A DNA stretch of 64,000 bases, from positions 15,810,001-15,874,000 of the forward strand of contig OZ365113.1 of the NCBI GenBank assembly GCA_977030845.1. The letters run 5' to 3'. Source of the stretch: Fimbriosthenelais zetlandica. Taxonomy: Eukaryota. The number at the start of each line of letters is the position of its first letter. Positions within the stretch are counted from its first letter, which is position 1. The position numbers were made by a program, and so were the translations under genes. Of the stretch, positions 1-20,612 are shown piece by piece. Below the pieces are notes generated by a model. The model saw nothing but the letters and a program-made list of their open reading frames with translations. It did no database searches and had not been told where the DNA came from.

Positions 1-9162
<9,162 letters not shown>

Positions 9163-12100
9163 TTAATATCAAATCAGTATAATATATATTTCTCTCAGTA
9201 TAGTACATTTATATACACAGACAGAAGGAGAAATCTCCAGGTACCATACTAATTTTAGCACCGTGAAAATAACCGTCAAATGCGGCTGATTGTCGAGCAT
9301 GATAGCATTGTATAGGGGCGACTTGAAAGGGCCAGGGTTAGGCAGGGAGTGGGTATTATTGTCCCTCTATCTCATGTATCTGACTATAATTTTCAAGCTA
9401 ACTAGACGACACGTCACTAAATCGATAATAGCTATGATAGCTTTTATAGATTTGATTTCATCGCATGGTCGGGGGAGAAAGGAAATAGAGCACTGGTCCA
9501 TTCGCCGAAATGGCATATAGTCCTGACTAGCTTATAATACGAGTTAATGATGTGGAACAGAAGCACACCTGCACGAAATCGAACTTACATACATTTAAAA
9601 CCCTCAAAGATGCAATTTTATGAGTGGTCAATAATCGATATCATAAAACTTCCAGTATATTTCAATAGACGAGGAGGAGGGGAAGGAAAGGGGATAATGA
9701 GAAGGGAAAAGGTAGGCTTATATACATAGCTAGATAGAGGAAGACAAAGGTATAGGGAAATGAGGAGCAAGCAGCTCCTTCCCTTACAGCCGACACAGAT
9801 TGAACGTGAGAATGTAGGTCAGCACGAGTTTCAAAATCAATATGTGATCAATTGAAGTGCAGTTAGAGCGGCTCCGTGCTCACCATAGAATGGCTGCTGA
9901 GGCCTGTACACCATGCATTTTGTATGCCCTAACCGTTCCCAGCCGAGCATGGAGGAGCGTGACAACTGGAGGAATAATTGTGTACTCCAAACTTCCAAGC
10001 TCCCACAAAAAGCCATGCTAAGTAAATTTCTAGTCTTGTTAGTATTACGGTGGTAAAAATAAACAGGAAATATAATTTTCATGAGCAACTCTAGAGTCAA
10101 TAGGATGTACAATATTCTAATGAAACGTCACAGGACTTACTAACAACTATCAGTTAATGCTTCTATTCATAGGAACTGCACATTTTGTAGCTCTACATTC
10201 ACAGTATCGATGGAATACCCAACATTTCATATATGTTGGTTATGGGATTTGTGTGTGCAGTCCTGGTAATAATAGATTTAAAGTGCCTGTCAAACCAGTA
10301 TTTCATGTGGGACTATGAATCTTATATTGACAGTAGTTATGAATACTGCATAATGCTGACGCCAGGCCATGAATTCGGAATAAAGAGAACTCCATCGGTG
10401 AGCATACAGCCCATAAACCAACATATAGATGAGCAACCAGAGCCATGTCAAAATTTAACAAAGCACATTCATTTCTATGATCAACGCTCTATCAACAAAA
10501 CGAGAGAAACGACACTAAAATGGGGGCATAAACATCATGAATATAAAACCATTGACTTTTTTGCGATTATCTCCTTTCATCAGATTTCCCGCCATTATAT
10601 AGGACCAATTTGTGAGTCATTAGAGAGGATAATGGCTGTACTCTGATGAAATATTTAAAAACAGGTGACTGGAGGCCATGACTCGTTTGACGGAGCTCTT
10701 GGAGCCGTTGGGAATTAAGGAATTAGAGGTGGCAATAAAGCCATGGCTGTTATATAGACAGTAAACCGGTCCATAAATAGCCTCCAGGTCTGAACTAACC
10801 ACAAGGCATACTACCAGTTGTCAGTCACAGACGCATACAAGCCATTACTGAAAATATATGCTACCATTCAATTGAATCCTCTATAGTCTTTGCCTTTGTG
10901 TGGTGTTTAGTGTCTGTGACACTAAATCAATTATTGGTTCTTCATATTGGAAATGAAGTGGCCTGTATATCAATGCACTACATGTGTTTCATGGTTTTTT
11001 CTCTTGTACCATGTGAATGAACCATCATGAGTGCTTGACTTATGAAGTCAATCTGAGAATAGAGTCTATAGAATGCTGTTCATTCTAATGACCAGTTACA
11101 AGCTCAACCTATCCATGTCAAGCAGGAATAGGGGAGGCCATTGACTTTTGAATAAATTTGAAATATTAATATAAATTACAACCAAAGAGACATATCGTTC
11201 CATTTTGCCTGAGGTCACAGGCAGTGGGGCACTTAATGTCAGGCCATAAACCAAAGCACAAGAGAGGAGCAAAGGCCATGTCAAAAACGAACAAAGGATG
11301 TATATTTCCATGGTCAAAGCTGCACCATTGCAACAAGACAGGACGGACAGTCCAATACGGGCTTATATATAGACATCTGATGGATAAAACCATGCTGAAA
11401 GATGTATGTGACTTTATGTTCATATCCTATATGAATCATCGCCCTGTTGGACAAGCTGCTTACACTCTATCCCTTGAATACTAACTCAGTGGGAAAGCTT
11501 CGAATATCAGAACTCCTGAGTGCACTGTAGATAAATGCAATTAAATTTAGATAGCTTTGATGACAACTGATAATGGGTTCTGGAATGCGTCAGTCACCAG
11601 CAATCTCCCCACTGCCCAACTCTATACTGGGAAGATGACAAGCAGGTATCACTTGTCAAGCAGACCACTCATTAATTAATCACATCTCATTAACTTTAAT
11701 CAGGAAAGAGAGTCCCCAGCCCACACACTATTAAACCTCATTCACCTAAAATCATAAACGCGCACTTGACATCCTGGGAGTCATTAAAGAAAAATATCCA
11801 AAAACTGCAAGTGCGAGTGAAGGGAAAGTTTTGAGGTATATGTCAATCACTGAACATTGTATTTAGTAGACCTCTACTACGACATTTTGTCAGTCAATTT
11901 TCAGGGTTTTTAACCCATAGGAATTTAGTTTCACACAGTTACACAATGACTCATGCAAGCTGCTCTATAATGGCTTCTAAAGAAGGAATTTGAACCTAAA
12001 CAAGAAGTCTTTACCAATGTCCATCACCGGAGCACAAGTTGCCCAAACCCTTTGACTGACAGCAAAAAACAGAGAATCTGAATCAAGAGTTTTCCTCCTA

Positions 12101-13520
12101 TCGAATTTCAGGTCGGATTTCTGTGGTCTTGCACTGACAAGGTTTCGTCGAAGCTAAAATGGTGTAGCGGGTATAGGGAGGACTGCACCTTGGAATTTGA
12201 TATTTCGGACACAAAAGTGTCTCGCCATCAAAGCGTGTCCTCGGAGGAGGGTACAAAGAACGGTTCCAGGGAAGGGACCAATTATATCTAGCTGGGAACT
12301 GGGGATCGGGTTCCAATGCTTTTCATTGCCTTTCTCTCTGGCCTCTCTATACATGCCAACGTTTCTCTCCCCCGCAATTTCCAACTATTATTCCAAAATT
12401 TGATTTAAAAAAATATCTAAATTTTTCAATGTATATTCACAACCAACCAAAAGTATGATGGACACAGGAATACTGTAATGGTGAAGTGTTTGAACTCAGG
12501 TTACTGGAGAGATTTATAGTTCCTGGTTGGGACATTGTGGTTTTGATGGTCAATCAAAGAACATTTTATTGCTAGCTCGTCATCAAAGGAGCAGATTTCA
12601 TTACACTTTTTTTTTTACAGCTTCCCGACTCAGCATGGAAGATGAGAATTTATCACTATCTTCTTTTGATTGGCATGTGGTCTAGCTCGTTGGCCAAATT
12701 GGGGGGCAATTAAAAGTAACACCCTTTCGATGCTTCCAGTCCAGAGCGAGTAATCTGAATCTGCCACGAGATATCCCAGGCTTTAAAATGGTAATTAAAA
12801 TCTGCAAGTAATTAACACGTCCAGGGTGTGTGGAGGGGGTAAGGAGGCAAGCGGCCAAGAGGAAGAGGGTTATGTGCAATTAGCCCGTCTAAAGTCTGAC
12901 CCCCCGCATCTAACGCTCCACAAGGGGCTAACGCTAGCTTCAGGTGCCTTGTCCTCACAACAGAGGGGGGCCAAGGTTAAGACTTAATTCCCAGCATTGC
13001 TAAGTATCTTACAACCGTGATTTGCGGTCCAAGAAAATCAGATTTGGTACATGGAGAAAGCGGGTAAGAGCTGGCTTTGGGTCCAACAAAGCAAGGGTCA
13101 ATTGAGCATTACTTAATATAGCTGACCAGAAAGCCCCGACTGACACTCCCCCAATGCTCAGGGATCAGGTTTCCTGTCTGGTATTTGTCCTAAATCCAAT
13201 CTGACATCAGCCCCACCCCTTATAATGAGATAATAAGGAAAGGTTGGACCGTTGAGGACGGACAATTAACCACAATATTTCACTCAATTGGTGGGACCAT
13301 TTTGTTGTGCTGTTAAATTTAAAAGCTGTGAAGAATTCAAATGTCACTGCCCGGTACAACTAGCACGGTTTTGAGGCCCTATTATTATGCTCATCATGAG
13401 CTCCTGTTGCCTGCATGTTATTTTCAAGGAAAAGCCAATAAGCTGTTAAAATCATTTACCAGACACTCCCCCGTCTAATCAGTCAGTGAAGTATGAATAA
13501 GTAGATCAATTGTAACTCAC

Positions 13521-13666
13521 CAGTCTTCGTTTAGGCTTGATAAGAGGTCGATTAGATCCGTTCATCTTGTGGTAGAGACCACAGGCGTTGCAGAGGTAGT
13601 GACCTGTCCCATCTCGGCGCCATAATGGAGTGGATGTCGCACCACAATTCACACATTCCCTTCCTT
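13521..13666 (-). CDS. GATA123: GATA1/2/3 coding exon 3: N-terminal zinc finger ([49 protein letters not shown])
   Basis: Within ORF 13506-13688. 146 nt, acceptor ttgcag|AA (phase 1), donor CTG|gtgagt (phase 0). Near-identical to the GATA2/3 N-finger with the same intron positions. Confidence 0.99.
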
Positions 13667-16600
13667 CTGCAAATGAAATGTCAAACACATTGAGTGGTTA
13701 AGTCAAACTAAATCAATGATAGTTTTACTTACTAAAATCGATACAAGCGTTAAAACGCAGTGCGCCATATTCAAGCCTCCTTTGTTATATACTACTCACG
13801 AGGCAAACACGCGCCAAACAGACTTATCACAGCCGCTTCGACCGCAACTATCACCAAACGCACCAAAAACCCAAGACCCACACAAACCTATGATGTTTTC
13901 CTTTTGAAATAAACCCGTCAAGACCTAACAATACATAATAATAGTCATAGGAGGTTTGATTCTTCTCGAGAATCAGTTGGAAAGTCGTGGCTTTGGCGCT
14001 AGGACGCCCAGCCTCTCAAGGTCAAACAAAGGGCGTTTGGCAAGGTTTCATAACCTTCGCTGGAGCTAAGCTCGTTCACTGATAACAATCAATTCAGTCA
14101 TTTGATTCTCGCTGCCTTTAGCCAAATCGTGCCTTCACATGCTCTTCTAGAACCGTGCATGCTTTAGTGAATGAAGACCAAAACCTTTGAGTATTGGTTG
14201 TGTTGTGCAGTTACCCCTTCACCTTAAACAAATGCCAAGGGCGTTATACTTCCATCACTGAGTGCATAACCGGTACGTAATTATGATTAATATTATCAGT
14301 ACAACGTCCTAATGACCCTCACAATTTCTATACCGACCGTCAGGAGACGAAGAGAAAAAATACTGTATTTCTAATCCAACTTTAAAGACATTCTGTCCAA
14401 TAAAACACCTTTTAATTACAACTGGGGGAAACTCCAGCTAGATGATATATTTCCACTATTGTGTTTTTATAACGTGGAAAAGAATCGCTGATAAATGTCT
14501 AGGTCTATATTCGGGAGGTTTATTTTTAAACCGATAGTAGAAAGAGAATAGAAGAATCGGAGGTAAAGCCAAAAAGCCTATATAGAAGGTCGGTAAAGTC
14601 ACAAGGCCTGAGCTTGCACCTGACGTTGGCGCCAGAGCCCAATTAAAGGTGCGCTTCAAAGCGATCCGTCGTCTGAGTCGTGGCCCACTCCATGCTCACT
14701 TAGCCGGGCGAATTAGCGAGAGCTGAAGCCTTATCATTGCCAGAAATCAACTCAGGGCGAGGAGAAAGGACTTGGGCCTTCTGTTGTGCAAGCGGAGTCA
14801 TGCCAATAGCTCACCAGCCGTCCCTCCCCGTCCACATATATACACACATATATATTTTACATATATGTAATGTGCAGCATGTGGGGATTAGGGTCCCCCT
14901 TTTCATAAAACCTCAACAGTCTAGGACGACGGGCGCCAGGCTAGTATTAGCGGCTCATTTTTTGGAGCGCTGGTACAAGGTAGAACGCGCCTAATACATG
15001 TAGGTATTGGGTATGTAAGTGGTGGTAGGAATGGGGAGGGGGTGCAATATGCATGATGGTGCCCCCACCAAGTCTGATGGCCCTGATAACCCAGTGTCGC
15101 TTATTTGCTACTCCTCTACAGAAGTACTTGGTGAGAGACTTAGAATGAGAGATAAGGACAAATGCTGGCTCTGATATGATCGTGTAAATACAAGCAGTGA
15201 TAAAATAAGGAGCATTAAAAACCATAACAAACCATTAATGCAATCCCCCCTTCCCTTGTTCTATATATGGGCTTTAGCTTTCAGTGGGAGATAAGAGATT
15301 GGCTTCCAGATCTGTGTCATTGCAATGACTTCTAGTTCTCATAGCTATGTAAACAAACTAATATATAGTTCAGTGTGCATGAAACTTATATATGCATATG
15401 TGAACGAATGAACAATATTGGCAATGACGAACAAAATGCCGTTCATTCCAATTCAAAAAGCTTTCATGAATTCCAAGACACGACGCGCGTCAGTTTTGGA
15501 AATTATCGTTAGAAATATCCCATTCAATTAATAAAAATGGAATTATTTTCTCGATAGAATTGCGAAATAAGGGTGAAGTAATCGGGCAAATTTAATTTTA
15601 GAAACACAGTTAATAACACTAAATAAAAAATAATATAGGCCTAAGGTCGCGCTGGAACAAATTAACAACTCTCTGTCCATACATACGGCGTTAGGACTGT
15701 CCAACATGATCGGGGGAAAGCCTTAAATCCACCACAGTTAATAGAAATTCATTACTTGACCTTACAGAAAGCCGGGGGGTATAGATCTATTACTGGTGAC
15801 GCCGTCTGGGCGCTATATTCCGGTCACTTAACAAAGCCGAGTGCCATTTGTCGGGCTAACTCGTAAGAACCTGAAACATTATTCACTATTTTAAGCACAA
15901 ATCACATCCTATTATGGATTTAAAGAGCCTTAAATCCAGGTTCCTACAACAAATTGACCGCAACGACAGCCAAAGAAGTGGGGAGTGATGGATTCTCCAA
16001 ATGTTTGTGGGGGGACGGAGCCAATATTAGCGGGCGCCATGTCTCATCAGTGACGGCGCTTGGTGACATGAGGTCCCGCCTAGCACACCCACCAACGGCG
16101 GCCTCACTTCTCACAGCGGCGGCGGCTACCGTCCTCTTCAAAGGCGGGCCAGACTCCATGCCACGAGAAATTAATTATGATACACGAGCTCGATCTTTGC
16201 TCGCCAAAACAGAAATTAAGAGTGGCATATTTCATTTTAGGTTTTGGCGCGATGAGGGTTGAATTCTTTAAGGGCGATTCCTTGACGCGAGGAAGCAAGC
16301 ATGCTAGATTTTAGCGTCAATAAAAGCGCGTCTTCTTCTGCGCGTCAAATATTTTCAAACGATCAATTGCCAGCTAACTGTAGGCTGCAGGGCTGTAACT
16401 CAGGAAGGGTCTATTATTCAGTATTTAGACTCATCAAGAGACTAACAAGGCAGATTCCCACAGACACCTTTCTACAAAAAGCCATAAATAACTACAGGTG
16501 TCCCCTGATAAATAAGGTTTTTGACTAGATTTACAAGGATTCCTTTCCTTCCAGGAGACATGCACCCTGGGTAAATGTTACTTTGTCATGTGAGCCTCTT

Positions 16601-19575
16601 TATCTACCTTTCACCTAAGAAATATATGAGTTGGGTAGAAAAATTTAAGAAATATCTCGAAAGCGGCGACAAAAAATCCAACTTTTTCGAGGATATTAAG
16701 ACGATTCTTAATTGATTTGCATTGGTCTCCAAAATACCAGACACGAGATTGTGGCTATGAGCTTGGACATACTAATAATATATTTTATATTTCCAATATT
16801 CAGGAAATTCTTTAGGGAATGGATTATATGAGCCATTGAGTATCAAATACAAATGCCCGATGAGGGTAACTGATAAGATACGAGATCCAAAGAGAGCCAA
16901 ATGATTACATAGTCATATAATTACATTAGCGCCATTGTTTAGATCGGGCGGCAGACTGAGGGGCAGGGACGAGATGGAGTTAAAGATAAGGGCATCTCTG
17001 CGAAGCTGGCCAGAGCATGGCCGCCATTAGCATGTACCATGTCATCTGGCACTGACATGTAGACATGCTAAACCCAGGCCCATATAACAAAGATGTTAGA
17101 CTCCAAACTCCTGCTATAATAATGACATACTTTTTCGTCATTATTTTGCCCCCACATCCCTGGTATTAAAATCAATCATTTCTCGTGATATGGTGTACAG
17201 GTTTGAGTGGAACCCATCCACACTCATGTACACATGGCCATAAGGAGGACTTGTTTTGAAGTATCAATGCTAGTACCATTAGCTGGAGTTTGTGTGTATT
17301 GTGTACTGTTTTAATGACAGACCTGGAGAGTAAAATCATACAAATATTGCCCCAGGCCTTCTCACAGATGTGGTAAAAGTACAGTTCATTCATAGAATGA
17401 AGATAGAGACGGAGAGATAGTGGAGATAAGCCAAAAGCTTTAATACAATAACACAAGCAGTGCTGATTGAGCTCCGAATGGCTAATGGCCAAAATTAATT
17501 AGGGAATTCCATCTCCGAATGATGAATGTTTTTAAGTCAGCAATGACTGACACATGACTTGATTGATTTGGATGAAAAATGTTTACATATCTGATTGAAA
17601 AGTAATGAGATAGCGGCTATAAAATGGAGGCAATGCCCTGGAGCAACGCTGAGAGTTCCTTGTTTGTTATTAGCGTGACATGAGTGGCGTTTATAACGGG
17701 TCCACTAATTAGGTTAAAATAGAGAATATGATTGACAGGAATCCTTACAATTATGACATGCTATAAAAAGTCAATTGTATTTCACATATAGCATGGTGCC
17801 CCCAGCGACAAAAGCTAATATCATTGTATGGAGCCTCGAGCTCGGCTCGGCTAGGATAGGCCCGGGACTTTAACACATAGATATACAGATTTAAATGGTA
17901 GAAACCTAAACCCGGGGATCCTGTTTAATGGGGACAACCACAAAACATACGAAGCTCGATACATCCTGGGCGTCTCCATGGATTCCATAAGCTCATTTAC
18001 ACAAATGGTATTGGCACGCGGTCCCAAGGTTTCAGAGCAATTTCCGCTCACTTATCTCTCGTCTGCTCACGCTTCCTGTTTCCCGCTGAAAAACATTTGA
18101 CAAATTCTTCCCGACCACCACTGCCACAGCCCTCCATCCCCCACTCTCAAATATTAACTGTTGCTAATTAAAATGGATCACCCCGCGAAACTGCCCAAAA
18201 TAACAGTGGGATGGGGATCTAATTGGACAATGCCATGCATGGGAAACAGAGTCTGGGTAATTTGCGGTGGATCTCCGGCGTTAATTGCCTTGGGTTTCCA
18301 GGAGCAATCATTGAGTGTCAATTACAACTAGTTGCAGCTACAATAGCCAATCAAGTGCGAGAGACAATAAGATAATTGGCAAGTTTGGGGGAAAGGGGCC
18401 TGCCCCATATTTAAGGCCATTCCCTCGCCTGACGCGCGTCGCGATGGGAGACAGGAGCCAGGGGCACGTGTAGGCCACCACAAACCTAATTCTTCAAAAG
18501 CCAATATTTGGCTCATGATCCAAGTTAATCTTGATAATGGGTGTAGTATCTGCTCAACCTTACCACTGGTCTTTACAGTCTTCCAATCGCCCTAATGTTG
18601 CAAATCTCACCAGAGAAGGAAAGTATCTAATCCCATTAAATTTACGAACACATGTCTATATCAAATAATATTAGGAATATTTGGGCGGTGGTTTATGAAT
18701 AGATTTATAAATAGGAACCCAAGGTCGGTTTTGATTTTAATGGTCAGACAGTATTTAAGGGGGCGCACCTGGCGACCATAGATATATAGATGCACCTGGA
18801 ACCATACGACCATATTAAAGTAAGAATGGAAAAGTAAGGGGGAAGGGGCAAAATATGCAGCAATTACTGATATTACCTATATTATATACTATTTCCCAAA
18901 GGTAATGTAACTCACTTGCTGATGCTTTAGGAAAAGTAAATTCCAAATATTTTCTTACAATGTATATATATGTACTATAGAGCTATGTTTCTAACAGTTA
19001 AGTTCCCACATCCTTCCCCTAGCCCCCTCCCCCGCCCACCCACACCCTCTCTCTTCCCCCACCTCCCACATGGACTGACAATGGTCTCCCATCCTGCTAT
19101 AGCATAATGTCGATTGTCTCCTGCCCCCTCGACCAGGAGCGCCACGGCGCGGTGTCGGCGGTCATTGGGCAAAATTCTTATCAGGCACACTATCTCGCCC
19201 TTTGTCCACAATGGTGGCTCCGAGAAGAAAATGGTAAATTTGCATTTTCCGGCAGAGCGAAGGGTGCACTACAATGGAGGAACCCCGAGTGCCGGAAATA
19301 ATTGGCTCTAATTTAGAAATCTTCAAATATGCAGAGAATATTAACGGTCATCTTTGAGTGTAGGCTTGCATGGTAGCCAAACATTGAAATGGGTGCGTGA
19401 ACCAATGGGCGCCGACCGCTGCTTAGAAAGCATTTCTTATCATTGGAGACATGCAACAGTGGCATATAATGTTTATGACCACGAGCATTTCTCTTTCTTT
19501 TCTTTCATCCTTTCAGTGTCATATCTTTTAAATCAGCTCTATATATTTGTGTTGTATTATGATGTAGTCCTATAT

Positions 19576-19645
19576 GGGCGGATGCAGGATTTTAGAAAGG
19601 GGTGAGGTCAGGGGGCTAAGATCTGTTGGGAAAAGGGGGCCCATA
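19576..19645. mobile_element. Possible short remnant of a non-autonomous DNA element
   Basis: gggcggatgcaggattttagaaagggg resembles the GGCGGATCCAGGATTTT-G-rich terminus I recall from marine-invertebrate repeats. Single fragment, family not identified. Confidence 0.2.
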
Positions 19646-20051
19646 CAATTTTGAGTGACAAGCTTTGGATTCGAATGTGATGACCAAAAAGGCGATGCCG
19701 TTTTCCTCATAGGCTTAAGCCTTCGCGACTTTCACGACTAAATTGCTCGAATGCAGTGAGTTGAGTTGCCCCAGGGTTTACCATTACTCGATGCATAAAA
19801 TATAACGATGTCAGTTACTGTATGCAAAACGGAAGGACACATTTGCAATTGCGCAAAGCAGATGTTTGTGGCAGGAATGCCACGTGCTATAACTTCCGGT
19901 CTCTAGTGAGGCCATCGCTGGCTTACATGATCATGCAAGGAACGCGTCATTAACGCTCGACATTAGATGACTGATGACGAACGTTCACATAGCCTGATCA
20001 ATAACACATTGATTAATAGATGTCAGATATTGATAAATGTCATTGACTTAC

Positions 20052-20612
20052 CTGAAGATGACCTTGACTTTGTCCTAACCCGCGCCAATGACGCAGCTTT
20101 GAACACACTCGCCGGGTGGAACAACGGCGACGACGTGTAATCAGGGCCCGTCATATACGACGGGTATGTCGCCATGGGGTGATGGGCTGTAGCTGCTGAC
20201 GTCATCCCGAACGGCATGGATGACATGGATGACGAGCCAGCATCTGACACAAGCCCTCCATTTACGGCCACCTCTGATTTTAAAGGTTTGTAGTCCAAAG
20301 AGGAAGGGTAGGAGGGTTCGTGCGCGGAGGTGTTTTGTGCACCGCCCGCGGTACTGCCCATATCTGGGGTGGAGTCTTTTGGCGGCGTTGGCGGGAAAGA
20401 GAAAAGGGAATGTGAGGATGATGACGTCACTGAAGGGAGCGATGATGACGGTTGGATGGTGATTGGAGCGGATGGAGAGTGGTGGGAGAGAGACTTGGAG
20501 AAGGGAGAGATCCAGCCCGAGTGAGCAGCATGTGGTACCACGGGTTTGGAATCGGCGATCCAAGGATGTAGAGGTGTATGGAAGTGCGGCCGACACACCT
20601 GAGACGACGTGC
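20052..20612 (-). CDS. GATA123: GATA1/2/3 coding exon 2: Ser/Pro-rich N-terminal region (STSSQVCRPHFHTPLHPW...FPPTPPKD...HHPMATYPSY...KSRSSS)
   Basis: Within ORF 20023-20598. 561 nt, phase 1/1, acceptor ttctctttatgtgtatttgtag|GC, donor TCAG|gtaagt. QVCRPH, FPPTPPK and HHP-x-x-TYPSY match conserved GATA2/3 motifs. Joins in frame to both neighbouring exons. Confidence 0.95.

Noticed and set aside
10233-10646. 137-aa plus-strand ORF in the ZF1-ZF2 intron
   Set aside because: No recognisable domain, antisense to the gene, composition typical of random AT-rich DNA.
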